Shown: positions 27,908 to 43,157, counted from the first letter of the whole stretch. The stretch: 63,618 nucleotides of DNA, filler included, from Cercozoa sp. M6MM (GCA_040357565.1; 17 parts of 17 records of this genome joined end to end with filler, not necessarily neighbours in it), one strand, 5' to 3'. A program made the numbers and translations. Notes: generated from the letters alone by a model not told the origin.

Positions 27908-28029
27908 NNNNNNNNNNNNNNNNNNNNNNNNNNNNNNNNNNNNNNNNNNNNTTAATTAATTAANNNNNNNNNNNNNNNNNNNNNNNNNNNNNNNNNNNNN
28001 NNNNNNNACCCCGTACAGAGAAGTACCAC

Positions 28030-28945
28030 TTGGCGCAGCATCGCACAGCCACATGAGCATGCGACGTGTGTCTCTGCCAGTCGGGTAGAGGAACATCTGG
28101 TACCCGATGGCACCTGCAATAAGGAGGCTTTGTACACCCTTTACCCCCCCCTTTAGCCCTATGTACCCGTAAAGCCGGCAGCGCGCAAACATTCGCCCAG
28201 TCGGTGCGACAAACGAAACATGGCGGCACGGGAGGTCTGCAGGGGTAGGGGTAGTGGGAGATAGGGGGGGGGGGGTTAAAGGGGTATATGACAACCGACC
28301 GGCAACTCTTTCATCTCGTGCAGCGACTCCAGCAGCGCCGGCGCATCCGCTGTTCCACCAACGGTATTTGCAAAGCAAAGCAAAAGAAAAGCAAAGCAAG
28401 TAGAATTTCGAAGCAAAGCAAAGCAGATTCGAAACCAAGCAAAGCTGTGGCAAAGCGAAATAATTGCGAAATAAGTTTGAAACCGAGCGAAATAAATTTG
28501 AAACCGAGCGAAATCACTTCAAAACAAAGCAAAGCTATTGACAAAGCAAAGCTATTGACGAAGCAAAGCGAAACTACTTTAAAGCAAAGCAAAGCTTTGA
28601 CAGAGCAAACGCGAAAAGTCAAAGCAAAGCGAAATAAACGTCGAAAAAGCGAAAGAAGGAACGAGTACAGCTGCCTTGCTCATCGTGCTGATACAGCAGG
28701 TCGAGGGAGAAAGCCACGCTGTAGACGAGCACTTTAGGTGTCACCTGCCGCAGCGGTGCACACATTTGCACTTTGCGAGGACATTTGAGTTCTGGTCATA
28801 CCTCGGAGAAACGAGTGATCTCCTGAGGAATGTCGCAGCCTGCACGAGCAACACAGATCCCAATCTAGCATCTCGACAAGCATCAAAAGCTGTATTGACC
28901 AAGCTGGCGCAGCGAATCGAGAATCGCTCCGTCTAGTTCATCCAT
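28030..28945 (-). CDS. CCDC22: CCDC22 (Commander/CCC complex), N-terminal part
   Basis: MDELDGAILDSLRQLGCDIPQEI...AAMFRLSHRLGECLRAAGF...IGYQMFLYPTGRDTRRMLMWL matches the CCDC22 N-terminal pattern (GYQxFLYP). Confidence 0.85.
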
Positions 28946-29132
28946 TGTAATTTAAACACTATTAGCACATACACGCGCACGTCAATGTTATCACAGGCAA
29001 ACCGAATAGCCAAGGTGGTGATTATTGCGATCAGGTTGCTTGTTCCGCTTCTGTCTAATTTAGTGGACATATTGACACGTGGTTTTAGAGCGATTTTGTT
29101 GCAATCAGCCGGCTTGGCGCTCTATCGTGTCA

Positions 29133-30067
29133 ATGTCACTCTCTGCGTAAGTTGCACGATTTTGAGTGTGTTTGTGTCATGCTAGCTCACATTTTCTTGG
29201 ACAGCGACACTGTTTCGTTCACGTGGCAGAGTGTGGGCGACCGATCCTACCGGAAGAGTGTGGTGTACGCGGATGTCAGTTGGGTATGATGACCATGTGT
29301 ATGCCTTGTGTGCTCTGACCAATGACGGTGTCTCTCTGGCAGGGCAACCGTCAGTTGCAGCACCATCTGATCGCCTGCGCGCCCTTCGCGGGTCCCATTG
29401 CGCTCGCTCGCAACGAGAGTGCGGTAGCTTTACCCGTACCCCCTATCTGTCCCCTTTAACCCCCTCGCCTGTGGACAGCTCACAACAGCCAACGAGGCCG
29501 ATGAACACGTGCGCATTTTCTCGAGTTCGGGCCACTTGATCAGCTCGTTTCGGTAGCTTTACCCCCCTAACCCCTACCCCTTTTTAACACCCCCAATAGC
29601 CCCTACCCACGCCCTTTACCCCCCCCCCCCCCCCCCCCCCAGGCAACGTCAGCAGGGCCTGGTGACACTTGGCTGGACGGCGGCGCAGTCGCTCGTCCTG
29701 GTGTACGACTATGGTCTCGTCCGGGTACACCTGTCCAAATGGACCGTGTGTGGCTACAAATGGACCGGATAGAGAATGGCTACACATGTGTGTTGTGTGT
29801 GTAGGTGTACAATGTGCATGGTGAGGAGGAGGGCGAAATCTCAGTCGCGAATTCGCCCGGCGCTGCGCTGTCTGCTGCCGAGGTTTTACCCCCCTCTTTA
29901 CCCCCCCGTACCCCTTTATACCCCCTTTATACCCCTCCTTTATACCCCCCCTAGGCGGCGGAATTTCGAGTCGCGGGCGATGCACAGGTGTGATGGATTC
30001 TTTACCCCCCTTTACCCCCTTCATCCCCACAGGTGTATGACGATGGCGTCGTGCTACGTCAGGCAGG
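29133..30067 (+). CDS. VPS16: Vacuolar protein sorting 16 (HOPS/CORVET), N-terminal part
   Basis: FTWQSVGDRSYRKSVVY; LIACAPFAGPIALAR; VRIFSSSGHLI; LVTLGWTAAQSLVLVYDYGLVRVYNVHGE. Confidence 0.9.
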
Positions 30068-30340
30068 TAGCTACCCCTTTACCCCCTTCCCCCTTACCCC
30101 CTTTCCCCCTTACCCCCCTTTACCCCTNNNNNNNNNNNNNNNNNNNNNNNNNNNNNNNNNNNNNNNNNNNNTTAATTAATTAANNNNNNNNNNNNNNNNN
30201 NNNNNNNNNNNNNNNNNNNNNNNNNNNTAAACAGGGGGGTAAACAGGGGGGTAAACAGGGGGGTAAACAGGGGGTAAACATGGGGGGTAAAAAGGGGGGT
30301 AGATAGGGGGGGAGGGGTAAAGATGATAGCTTACGTGACA

Positions 30341-31193
30341 TGCTTGCCAGACTGCGCCGCGCGGGTGGCGGTCATGACTGCCTTGGCGCGCGTCTCGGCG
30401 TCCCCGAGGAGCGCGTCGAGTGACCAATCCTCCGCGCGGAAGCCGTGGTCGTTGTCATACCAAGCCACGTCCAGAGGCATGTACTCGTCCTCCAAGTCCA
30501 TCGGTTGGTACTCGTGCTTGCGCTGCTCCACCGTGCGCGTGTACCCGATGCCACTCAGGTCTATCTTGGGCCTGCCTCAGGGGGGTAAACTGGGGGGTAA
30601 ACTGGGGGGTAAGCTGGGGGTAAACTGGGGGTAAACTGNNNNNNNNNNNNNNNNNNNNNNNNNNNNNNNNNNNNNNNNNNNNNNNNNNNNNNNNNNNNNN
30701 NNNNNNNNNNNNNNNNNNNNNNNNNNNNNNNNNNNNNNCTGGGGGTAAACTGGGGGTAAACTGGGGGGTGAAGAGGGGGGTAAACAGGGGGGTGAAGAGG
30801 GGGGTAAACAGGGGGGTAAAAGTGCAGCTACACGCCAGCGACGGCGTAGACCGGCGCGTCCTGTCCGAGCGGCTCCTCCAGAGAAACGCCGAACACGGCC
30901 AAAACCGCCGCCGCCGCCGACGCGCGCCGCCGCTCCGCCGCCGTGTGAGCCGCCAGCTGCGCCAGCGCCTGCCCACCAACGTGCGCACATCCGCGCGGAC
31001 ACCAACACCCTCCCCAATCAGCAACGCACCGTGCTCTCGTCGTCCTCGCGGACGCGGCGCGGATCATCGCGCAGCAAATGGGCACCCTCACCCGGGTCAA
31101 TCAGGCCCATCCTCAGTGCCTAACCCAGCAAAACTGTATGAGCACACACGTGCCCCGCTCCATTGTGCTGAATTCACGCGCTGCCGCTTGCAT
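30341..31193 (-). CDS. Hypothetical protein, 5' part
   Basis: GC-rich exons, e.g. PKIDLSGIGYTRTVEQRKHEYQPMDLEDEYMPLDVAWYDNDHGF; divergent from the PP4 gene. Confidence 0.45.
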
Positions 31194-31317
31194 CTGCAAA
31201 AGATTAAACAAAATCAAGCGCTGCCGGGTCAGGACTTATGCCGCAGGAACGTGCGTCACTTAGTGCCTGTAGAGATTTCTAACAAGGCGAGTGACTCACA
31301 CCCCAAAAGAGTAAGCT

Positions 31318-32314
31318 ATGGGTCCAAATTTTTGTATTTGTCTGGCGTATTTGGCATATTTGAGCAAACGCTTTGTAGTGGAGGACAAGCTGCTGGAGCA
31401 GCTGTACCGGTGTGAGCACCCGACAGAGAAGGAAGTGAAACAGTTGTGTGCGCGTGCGTTGGATATTCTGTCGCAGGAGAGCAACATTGTGGCAGTCGAT
31501 GCTCCTGTAGGTTTGTAGCCATCCCTTGAGTGCTCGTGACCCTGTCCTACCCCGTGCCTGCCAGGTGACAGTGTGCGGCGACATCCACGGGCAGTTCTGG
31601 GATCTGATGCGACTGTTCGAGAAGGGCGGAAAGATCCCGGAACGTTCCTACCTGTTTCTGGGCGACTTTGTGGATCGCGGCTTTTACTCGGTCGAGACGT
31701 TTCTGCTTCTGCTGGCGCTCAAAGTTCGCTTCCCGGACCGCATCGTTCTCATTCGCGGCAATCACGAGTCGCGCCAGATCACGCAGGTCTACGGCTTCTA
31801 TGCCGAGGTAGTGTTTTGCCCCCCTGTTTACCCCCCTGTTTACCCCCCTGTTTACCCCCCTAGTTACTCTCCTGTTTACCCCCCTATTTACCCCCCTGTT
31901 TACCCCCTGTTTACCCCCCCCCCCCNNNNNNNNNNNNNNNNNNNNNNNNNNNNNNNNNNNNNNNNNNNNNNNNNNNNNNNNNNNNNNNNNNNNNNNNNNN
32001 NNNNNNNNNNNNNNNNNNNNNNNNNCCCCCCCCCCCCTGTTTACCCCTCTATTTCCCCCTATTTACCCCCCTGTTTACCCCCCTGTTTACCCCCTATTTA
32101 CCCCCCTAGTGTCACCGTAAATTCGGCTCGGCCAACGTGTGGCGCTACCTCACGGAAATCTTCGACTACTTGGCACTTGGGTAGTCTGTGTTCTTGGTAT
32201 ATTGGTATATTGGGGAGTGTCCGCGCGGATGTGTGGTCTGTGTGGGGTGGGAGTAGTGCTGTCATAGACCGCGAAATCTTTTGTGTGCACGGCGGACTCT
32301 CGCCGAGTATCGAT
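31318..32314 (+). CDS. PPP4C: Ser/Thr protein phosphatase 4 catalytic subunit, 3' truncated
   Basis: [11 protein letters not shown]; [27 protein letters not shown] (PP4-type); [16 protein letters not shown]; [11 protein letters not shown]. Confidence 0.88.
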
Positions 32315-32475
32315 GTAGTTTTACCCCCCTGTTTACCCCCCTATTTACCCCCCTGTTTACCCCCCTGTTTACCCCNNNNNNNNNNNNNNNNNNNNNNNNN
32401 NNNNNNNNNNNNNNNNNNNTTAATTAATTAANNNNNNNNNNNNNNNNNNNNNNNNNNNNNNNNNNNNNNNNNNNN

Positions 32476-32506
<31 letters not shown>

Positions 32507-33491
32507 GCTTGAAACGAAACCAACTTTTCTAGCTCATGAAACAGGCATTCTCCGAAATTGTAGGTGTTAATTTTGACACCAAGTCGGTCCTCCAACTTGC
32601 TATATTTCGGCCCGGCCATTGTTTGGCCTAAAGTACCATCCGCGCGGCGAAGTGCGACTTGGTGTCTGATGTGACAGACAGTCGGCCAGCAGGACGACAG
32701 CGCGTACGATGACCCCAGCCTCCTCAGGGAAGCTTTTATTCGAATTCAGGAGAGCGGCAGCAACTGCGCCAAAACTCGCTCGCAAGTTTCGGTCGACAGC
32801 TGGGCGCGTGCGCAGCAGGTCGCACAGCGCGCCAAAAGCATCGCGTGCGCGTTGATTGAAGTGACCCAGGAAGTCCGAGCGACACCAGCTCTTTGCGTGA
32901 CATGGGGAGCTCGACTGGGCAAGGCACGTTGCCGTTTCGACCAACAACCTCGCTCAGCGGTTTGATCCAGTGAACCGTGATGGATTTTCCGAGCAGCTGA
33001 AACAAACCAAGCGCCTCACAATAAGTTGACTGGAACCTAAATTTTGCGATTGCATCTACTGGTGACACTCAACGCACTGAAACAGCATCCCGATTAGTTT
33101 TTGCTACTCGTTCGGCAGGTCGCTTCAGCGCATCGTAGACCCTTCGTCTGTCGTGACCCGGCTTGTTCAAAAGCCGGTCAGGAGAGAAAGCGAGAGCTAT
33201 CGTATCTTGCGCTGCACTAGGCGCGCTTGCTCTTTCAGATACGCGAACCCAAGGACAGAGCATAGATGCTCGTACTGTGCCGTGGTTTGTTTGAACGGGC
33301 GATCGGCAGGTGGTAGCCGAAAAGAGGCTGGAAACGGGCTAATAGTTCCAGGAATCAGGGTGTTGGGAAGGCATACGGGAGGAGGTTGTTTTTTGTGGGT
33401 GTGCTTTCGTTTATTTAATTAAAGATGCACCCTGGCGCGCCAAAGCCGCAAATTAAAACGCCAACAGCTCAAGCGTCACGTCAGTACAAGC

Positions 33492-33888
33492 TCAGCCGCC
33501 GATCGGGTCGCGCGCCCACAGCGGCACGTGCTGGACGAGGTGCTCCGGCACGACCTCGTCGTCGTCGACTTGAGCGTGCACACTGCAACAAAACGTTGTT
33601 GCGAACAATCGAGAAACCGAGTCTGTTGTTTCACCTCGCCTGCAGTTCGCCGATCAGCTGCGTGTCCGCGTGTGCCTCGCGAACGGCAGTCTCGTACAGC
33701 GCCGACATGTTCTTGCGAATCGTCTCATTCTTCTGCAGCAAGTCGTCGAGTTCCTCTTGCATTGGTTTCTGTGTTCACAAAGCGGCTTCAACTGCCGTCG
33801 AGTGAATCAGAAACAAGGACAAAGAAAGACACACTGCCAAATCTGTTGCTCGCTCAGCAGCTGACTTCCATCTTGACGTCTCCTCCAT
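33492..33888 (-). CDS. Small protein resembling the FLASH/CASP8AP2 N-terminal coiled coil
   Basis: Three exons giving ...EELDDLLQKNETIRKNMSALYETAVREAHADTQLIGELQ..., similar to the KNISALxKTAxxE motif. Confidence 0.5.
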
Positions 33889-34276
33889 TGTTTGCCGCTA
33901 ATATGCACTTGATCAGATTGAACGTTTTCCCGCAAACACACTTGCGGCACTTAGCTGGCTGTAGAAGACACACAAAGCGAGAAAACCGGCGCGGAAAATT
34001 GGGCTTGAAAAAAAAGAAAAATCTGAAGCCGCGCTGAACAAGCTAACTGTCGCTTATCTGTGTAAGCGAGGACACCGCGAGAGTGTGCATATCATTGCTG
34101 CGCCGTACAGATAGCGCGGGGAGGATATCGTTGCATCATCGCGCTTGTTCCCAACGTACAGATGATTTTTCATTGTTTTTTGCAGTTTTTGTTGTTGCGG
34201 ACAAATACCGAAAACAAGAACGCCCACACCCACGCCGCTAAGGAGTGTCATGTGTGTTGACGTGTGTGCTGTGTAG

Positions 34277-34402
34277 ATGGGTACTATCCCTCGGCGTCTG
34301 CGCGGTCCGGTGGCCGAGCTGCTGTCCACGGCGGGTGCCCAGATGCCCGAGAGTGACGCCGCCTTGGTGGTCGAGGAGCTGCTCTTCGTCGGTCTGTCGC
34401 AG
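34277..34402 (+). CDS. Possible TAF13/Spt3-like histone-fold exon (truncated)
   Basis: MGTIPRRLRGPVAELLSTAGAQMPESDAALVVEELLFVGLSQ followed by a GT donor; weak resemblance only. Confidence 0.25.
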
Positions 34403-34573
34403 GTGTGTCTGTTGTAGCCCATGATACCCCCCTGTTTACCCCCCTGTTTACCCCCCTGTTTACCCCCCTGTTTNNNNNNNNNNNNNNNNNNNNNNNNNNN
34501 NNNNNNNNNNNNNNNNNTTAATTAATTAANNNNNNNNNNNNNNNNNNNNNNNNNNNNNNNNNNNNNNNNNNNN

Positions 34574-34621
<48 letters not shown>

Positions 34622-34649
34622 GGTGGTGGTGGCGCAGGAGGAGGTAGAG

Positions 34650-37600
34650 TATGTTGTGCGGCTTGATGTCGCGGTGCACGATGCCGCGGCGGTGCAGGTG
34701 CGCAATGCCCTGCAGTGTCTGCTGCAGCAGCTGCAGCACGCGCGACTGCTGCACCCTCTCTGTACACAGTGTAGACGTACTAGATATACATAGACATAGA
34801 CATACATACATAGACATACATACATACAAAAGCATACATACATACATATACATACACATGTACACATACATATAACATATACAGACATATACAGACGTAC
34901 ATACATACATACATACATATATACATATACATACATACATATATACATATACATACATATACGTACATACACATACATATAACATACATACATATAACAT
35001 ACATATACGTACATACCTATACATACCTATACATATATATACATACACATACAATACGTATACAAATATATACAAACATATACATACATATACATATACA
35101 TATACATCCATATACATACACATACAATACATATACAAATATATACATACATACACATACATACACATACATATACATATACATACATACACATACATAT
35201 ACATATACATACATACAGATACATATGCATATACATCCATTATACATATACATATACAGATACAAATATATATATATACATACATACACATACATTGTAT
35301 ACACAGAGACACACCTCGAGGCATGCGCGACACGAGATGCGCCAGGTCGCCGTGACACCTCTCCAGCGCCAGGTAGACAAAGTTGCTATCGCTGCATCGG
35401 CACAATGCATTGGCATCTTTACCCCCCCACCCTCTACGCCAACAACGCAGCCTTAAACAGACACAGAAAAGGCCTACCGAACCGATGCAAAATAGCGCAG
35501 AATGTGCGCATGTTGATCCACGTCCAAAAGTAGTCCCACCTGGTCCAGACAAGAATCAATAGTCACAGCCACTGTAGCCACCTTCTGTAGCCACTCTTTG
35601 TAGCCACCTCTTGTAGCCACTGTAGCCACACCAGTGTAGCCAAGTTTAAGTGGGCGGCTACCTCCTTGTCGGCGTGCGGAAACGCATCGGCCACCAGGCG
35701 TTTCACGGCCACGTCGCGTCCGTGGAAGCGGCCGCCGTACCTGCGCGACAACAACAACAACTCGCGCACAAAACAACAACAACAAAACAACAACAACAAC
35801 AACAAACAAAACAACAACAATAAAAAACAACAACAACAACAAAACAAACAAAAAACAACAAAACAAAAAAAAAAACAACAAAACAACAACAAAACAAAAA
35901 CAACAGAAAAACAACAAAAAACAACAGAAAAACAACAAAAAACAACAAAACAACAAAAACAAAAAAAAACAACAAAGCAAAAGAAAAACAACAAAAGCGA
36001 GGCTACACGACGGTGCCATGTGCGCCGCGACCCAGCACGGTGTCGTACTGCACCTGCAGGTGACCCAGTGGCGACACCGTCACGCCCGACTCGGACGGTT
36101 TGCGACCACGTGTCAGTGTCACGACCACGGTGCCGACTGCGATCGCAACCGTCAGCAGGATCAGCCACCTGTCCAGTGCGACACGTGGCCTCGCCGGTGT
36201 CGCCACTGGCGGCGCCGGCAGCATGCCGATGTCGCTGCCGTCACCCAGCCGGCCCAGGCGTCCGCGCGGACCGCCACCGACGTCCGCGCGGAGCACCGGA
36301 AACTCCGCCCACGGCACGGCCGCGCTGACGCGCGCGAACACAAAGAAACCGAGTCGGCCCAGCTGCGACTGCTCCGCGCGGATCTGCCGCGTCGCACTCG
36401 TCGGCGTTTCCTCCCAACTACAGAAACGCCAAAAATACGAAAAATACAACTTTTTGTTTGGAGAAACGCCAAAAATACGAAAACTGTTTGGAGAAACGCC
36501 AAAAAAACGAAAAAAAAACTATTTGTTTGGAGAAACGCCAGAAATACGAAAAAAGAAACCCCTCCATGTCGAGATAGAGCGGTCGGAGTCGCCAGACGCG
36601 GTTGTCGCCGCTGTCGTTGACGAGCGTGAAGCCGAGGTTCCACAGGTCGGCCTCATCGGCATCGGCATCGGCATCGGCATCGGCATCCGCCAGGTCGAGG
36701 TCAATGTCGCCGTGCAGTCGGCCTTGTTGTTTTTCTCGCCGCTGTTGTTGTTTTTCTTGTTGCTGCTGCTGCTGGTGGAAGTAGCGACAGCGACGACTCG
36801 GCACCACGGCCACGTCCGGTGTCACGAACACCAGCGACCGGTCTGACCACAACAAGAGTCGGCAAAAAAACAACAAGAGTCGGCAAAAACAACAAGAGTC
36901 GGCAAAAAACAACAAAACTCGGCAAAAAAACAACAAGAGTCGGCAAAAACAACAAGAGTCGGCAAAAAAAAACAACAAGAATCGGCAAAAACAACAAAAC
37001 TCGACAAAAAAAAACAACAAAACTGGCAAAAACAACAATGCTGCGATTTTTCGTGTCTTGTTGTTTTTTCATATTTTTCGTATTTTGCACTATTTTCGTA
37101 TTTTATTTTTCGTATTTCTCGTATACCGTGGACGGCAGCCGGGTCCTGATCGGCCACCTGCGGGATCAGGAGGAGTTCCACGTCGACTCTCTCGCTGTCC
37201 AAAGTGTACAGCACAAAATGGACGGTACAAAATGGACGGTACAAAGTGTACGGCACAAAGTGTACGGTACAAAGTGTACGGTACAAAGTGTACGGTCCAG
37301 AAAAGTGTGTGTGTGTGTGTACACGAAAGTGTCGTCGAAAAAGAAGGCCGAAACGATCGGCGAGTGCAGCGGAATCGTAGCCACCACTCGACGCGTCTGC
37401 ACACCAGGACGCCCACTTAATCAAAGCGGAGCCAGGACAGGACCCTGGACAGGAGCCAGGACAGGAGCCAGGACAGGAGTCTTGTACCAGATCAGAGGCG
37501 ATCACAAGATCACCGAACGGCGTCTGCGTCAGCAGGAGGTCCTTCTGGTGCCACTCGGTATCATCGGAGTCACCGTCGGTATCATCGGGATCATCGGAGT

Positions 37601-37842
37601 CACCGTCAGGGTCACCGTCAGTGCCACTGCCGACGGTGTGAATGTTCGAGATCTCCGCAAAGTGCGCGTGCCACCGCTGAATGCCTGCGACAGTAGCCAA
37701 ACTGTAGCCATACTGTAGCCAGTTGTAGCCACATAGTAGCCACATAGTAGCCACACTGTAGCCAGTCCTCAGTACCTGTGTCACGCTCGACCACAACGAC
37801 GTCGTAGTCGGTGCGCTTCAGTCGTATCACGTCTTCCTCCAC
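34650..37842 (-). CDS. IRE1: IRE1 ER-stress sensor kinase/RNase, internal part (lumenal domain, TM, kinase N-lobe to HRD)
   Basis: IRLKRTDYDVVVVERDTGIQRWHAHFAEI (lumenal); VLGRGAHGTVVYGGRFHGRDVAVKRL; DQHAHILRYF; FVYLALERC; GIAHLHRRGIVHRDIKPHNIL. Confidence 0.93.
34795..35300. repeat. ~500-bp degenerate (TACA/TATA)n microsatellite filling an IRE1 intron
   Basis: Directly visible. Other IRE1 introns carry (CAA/CAAAA)n at 35750-35995, a ~30-mer at 36420-36560, a ~20-mer at 36850-37035, a 14-mer at 37200-37300 and TGTAGCCA arrays. Confidence 0.95.
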
Positions 37843-38561
37843 NNNNNNNNNNNNNNNNNNNNNNNNNNNNNNNNNNNNNNNNNNNNTTAATTAATTAANN
37901 NNNNNNNNNNNNNNNNNNNNNNNNNNNNNNNNNNNNNNNNNNGTACAAGCTTACCCCCCCCCCCAGGATGTACCCGGCGTCGCCGTCGCCGATGATCGCG
38001 GCGGCCATAGCGGCGGAGCAGATGGGCGGCCTACCGCCGGCACTGGACCTGGGCGCTCCTGCCGTCACTGTGGGCAGCGACAAGCGCGCACGCAAGCCCA
38101 AGAAGAAGGCGGGTAGGTTTACCCCCCTGTTTACCCCCTGCCCCCCTACCCCCTATTGACTGACAGGTGTAGCCGGTGCCGCACCGACCTAAAGGAGCGG
38201 CAGCTACGCTGATCTGCTGCGCTGGTTTTCAAATTTTACGATTTGGTTTTTTCCCCCCCCCCCCAGTCAGCCCAGCCACCCCCTTAACTTCTACCCCCTT
38301 TCTCTGTTTAGAGATAAGCAGTAGACGGAACTGGACCAACATTCACACACAAACTTGCCGTTCGACTTGTTGTATTCGAACGGAGCTCTTAATTCAAAGC
38401 CTGGGATTCAAAGCCTGCCTCACGTCGGACTCGAACGGGCACTTGTCGACCTCCAATCGACTGAGTTTAAATCACATCTGATGATCGTTTTTCTTTTACT
38501 TAGGTACTCTTGGTACAATTAACTACTAGTCGCTGAACACAAATAAGATCGCTCTTCTCGT

Positions 38562-39024
38562 TGTTGTTCCCTCTCGGATGGGGATTAGGCCTTGCTAAAT
38601 TGAGGGTACTTTGCCAGTGATACAAAAACCCAACGATTCAGCCGGGTCGGCAAGCACTGGCAGACGGGAAAGGCACCCGTCAGATGTGGTTGTTGAGTTG
38701 GCGTGAAGTAAATTGAAGGATGAAGAAAGAAGAAGGGCCTCTGGAAAGGCAGAGGACGAGAAGCGGAGACAACTGGTCCTGGAGAGATCAGAGTAGTAAG
38801 TTTTATTACCTGGTCGAGAAGCCCTTCTTTGAGTTCAGCTGCAAAGGCTTGCTCAAGGCTTCCCTACTCAAACACAGGTGTTCCACAGTCTGGACTGAAG
38901 CTCTCGGTAGGTCAGAATATCAGCGAGCACACGTCAACAACTCCACACCTCTCTTGAGGTATTTCGTAAGTCTTAAAGTGGCTTCGTAAGGATAAATTTA
39001 CAGTAAATAGATCATGTTGCGACA
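38562..39024 (+). mobile_element. Diverged, internally deleted copy of the LTR family
   Basis: Collinear with 47150-47748 (CCCTCTC..AGGCCTTG..AAATTGAGGG; GAAGGGCCTCTGGAAAGGCAGAGGACG; CAGGTGTTCCACAGTCTGGACTG); ends ...CATGTTGCGACA; no TSD seen. Confidence 0.88.
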
Positions 39025-39081
39025 AAAAACGAACCAACTAACTGACGGTCATTAGCAGACTGAACGTGGAGTAACGAACTT

Positions 39082-39730
39082 TCATTCAGGTTTCGTATGT
39101 GACGGGTCTATTTCGTCCGCGGCCTTGTCAGTGGCCGGGGTGACCGCACGGGCGCACGCCTGCTGGCGCACATCATCAATTTTCTGCTCAAAAAACAATC
39201 GTTGCAGCTCCGACTTGAGTTGGCCGAGCTCGTGCTGCCGCTCGATCTTGGAGACGTCGAAGCCCCGTTTGACGTCCGATTGAATCTTGGTGACGTCCGA
39301 TTTGACGTCTGACCGGAGCGTGTGGAGGTCCGATTGAATCTTGTTGACGTCCTTCTTGAGCGGCCGGAGAGCTGCACGACATGCATCAACACGCGAAAAT
39401 CCCCACGAAAACAGCACATGAGTGTGGATTTACAGTTCTCTAACGCGCGCGTGCGCGACAACTCGGCGAACGACGTGCCAGCTAAACCATGAGAATAGGT
39501 GCTGTGCCGAACAGGAAAAAGCAATACCAAACCGCCGCACGCACGCACCAGCTCCGGCGACCACGATACCTCCGAAGAGTAAAAGCTTTCCTTTTTGAAG
39601 CCATTCTTCCCGCTCTAGTGACTCCAGAAACGCGAAGATCGGTCGCGACTCTGGTCAACCACCAAAATCGCAAAATCACAAACACAAAACCAACGCAAAC
39701 GCCTTACCCTTTTCTGGCGTCTCTGGCATG
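39082..39730 (-). CDS. Small hypothetical protein with short hydrophobic segment and coiled coil
   Basis: The last exon LKKDVNKIQSDLHTLRSDVKSDVTKIQSDVKR... has a heptad repeat; the start is uncertain. Confidence 0.4.
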
Positions 39731-40556
39731 CGCGTGGCGTCGCTAGCAGCACAATCTATGCCAAACAAAAAGTTAGAGGGGGAGGGCAGTCTTCCGCGAC
39801 GTGGAAGCCACTTTTTTCTGCGCCGACCGTTCGGACCCAAGTTTTGGCTGCGACCCCGGGATCTACCGGCCCATTTCACCAGCTCACAGCACGCAGAGCC
39901 CAAAACTAGTATCGTACCGGCGCCTTGTGGTTGCCAGAGTTCCGGTAACGCGTTTCTTGTGTTTCCCGAGACATGCGAGTAAATTTAGATGTCAAACAGT
40001 AAAACACGTGAACCGGCGCTCTGGATGCACGGGTACGTCTGGCTTGGAGGTCGCCAGCCTTGCTGATGAAGGCTGGCACTCGTGGAGTGTCGAGACTCGC
40101 GAATCGAACTCGTCGCGCTTGTGGCTTGCGCGTCCACAAGGCCATAGAGCAAAGAAGACAGTAAAAACATACACCACCACACAAACTTCAACAGCGACGT
40201 GCTAGATCAGCACAATGGCTGTCATTCGTGTTTGCTGTCGGGAGATGCTGTAGCGAATAGAATACCCATATCATAAAACTTAAACTTACATACTCAGTAC
40301 AAATGCAATCTGTGCAGTGTACACCAATGAACACAACTTGAATATTGGTGCAGCAAGAACAAGATCAAGGGCAACATTTGGAGTTGCAGTCAGTACAGAG
40401 ACAACAACAACAAGAGCAGGAAGACCAACTGCAGCTGCATGTATTTTGATTGGTTTCTTGCGTGTGTTTTTTTCTACTCACCTCGTTCGATGACGACTTG
40501 TTCGATGTTGACAGGATGATGAATGCGTACAGTACTGCTTCGTTCAGCGCAGATAG

Positions 40557-42863
<2,307 letters not shown>

Positions 42864-43157
42864 CACAGCTGTGCTGTTGTCGCAACCACAACACTGGGCA
42901 TGTGATCACCCATCCCCACAATACTGTAAATTGGATCTACATTATTTTAGTACCTTGATTTCGTGGCCTAAACCCACGTTCTCTGGTACTAAAACACCAA
43001 GCACACAGCGCAGCGCTTAGCCACGTGCAGTTTTGAGTTGCACGACAGTTGAGCGTCACTTCCTTAATTCGACGGAACTTGAAGCCGACAGCATCGCTGC
43101 ATTGAGCGGGGTTAACTCAAACTGTAATCTAGCTAAACGATAGCGATCGGTGTTAAT

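Noticed and set aside
30228-30820. GGGGGTAAAC arrays as telomeres
   Set aside because: They sit inside GT-AG introns between coding exons. Contigs end in them because assembly fails there, not because they are chromosome ends.
33150-33395. Hairpin-rich stretch ending in a T-run as SRP or RNase P RNA
   Set aside because: AGGCTGGAAACGG lacks the following AGCAG of SRP helix 8, and no P4 motifs were found; unsupported without a covariance search.
36420-37035. 20-30-bp tandem repeats as a CRISPR array
   Set aside because: There are no unique spacers, the context is a eukaryotic intron, and no cas genes are present.
34518-37796. Long ORFs in the track (344 aa, 324 aa, 299 aa, VCVC/YMYV/KTT-rich)
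   Set aside because: They are read-throughs of stop-free intronic microsatellites within IRE1, not real proteins.
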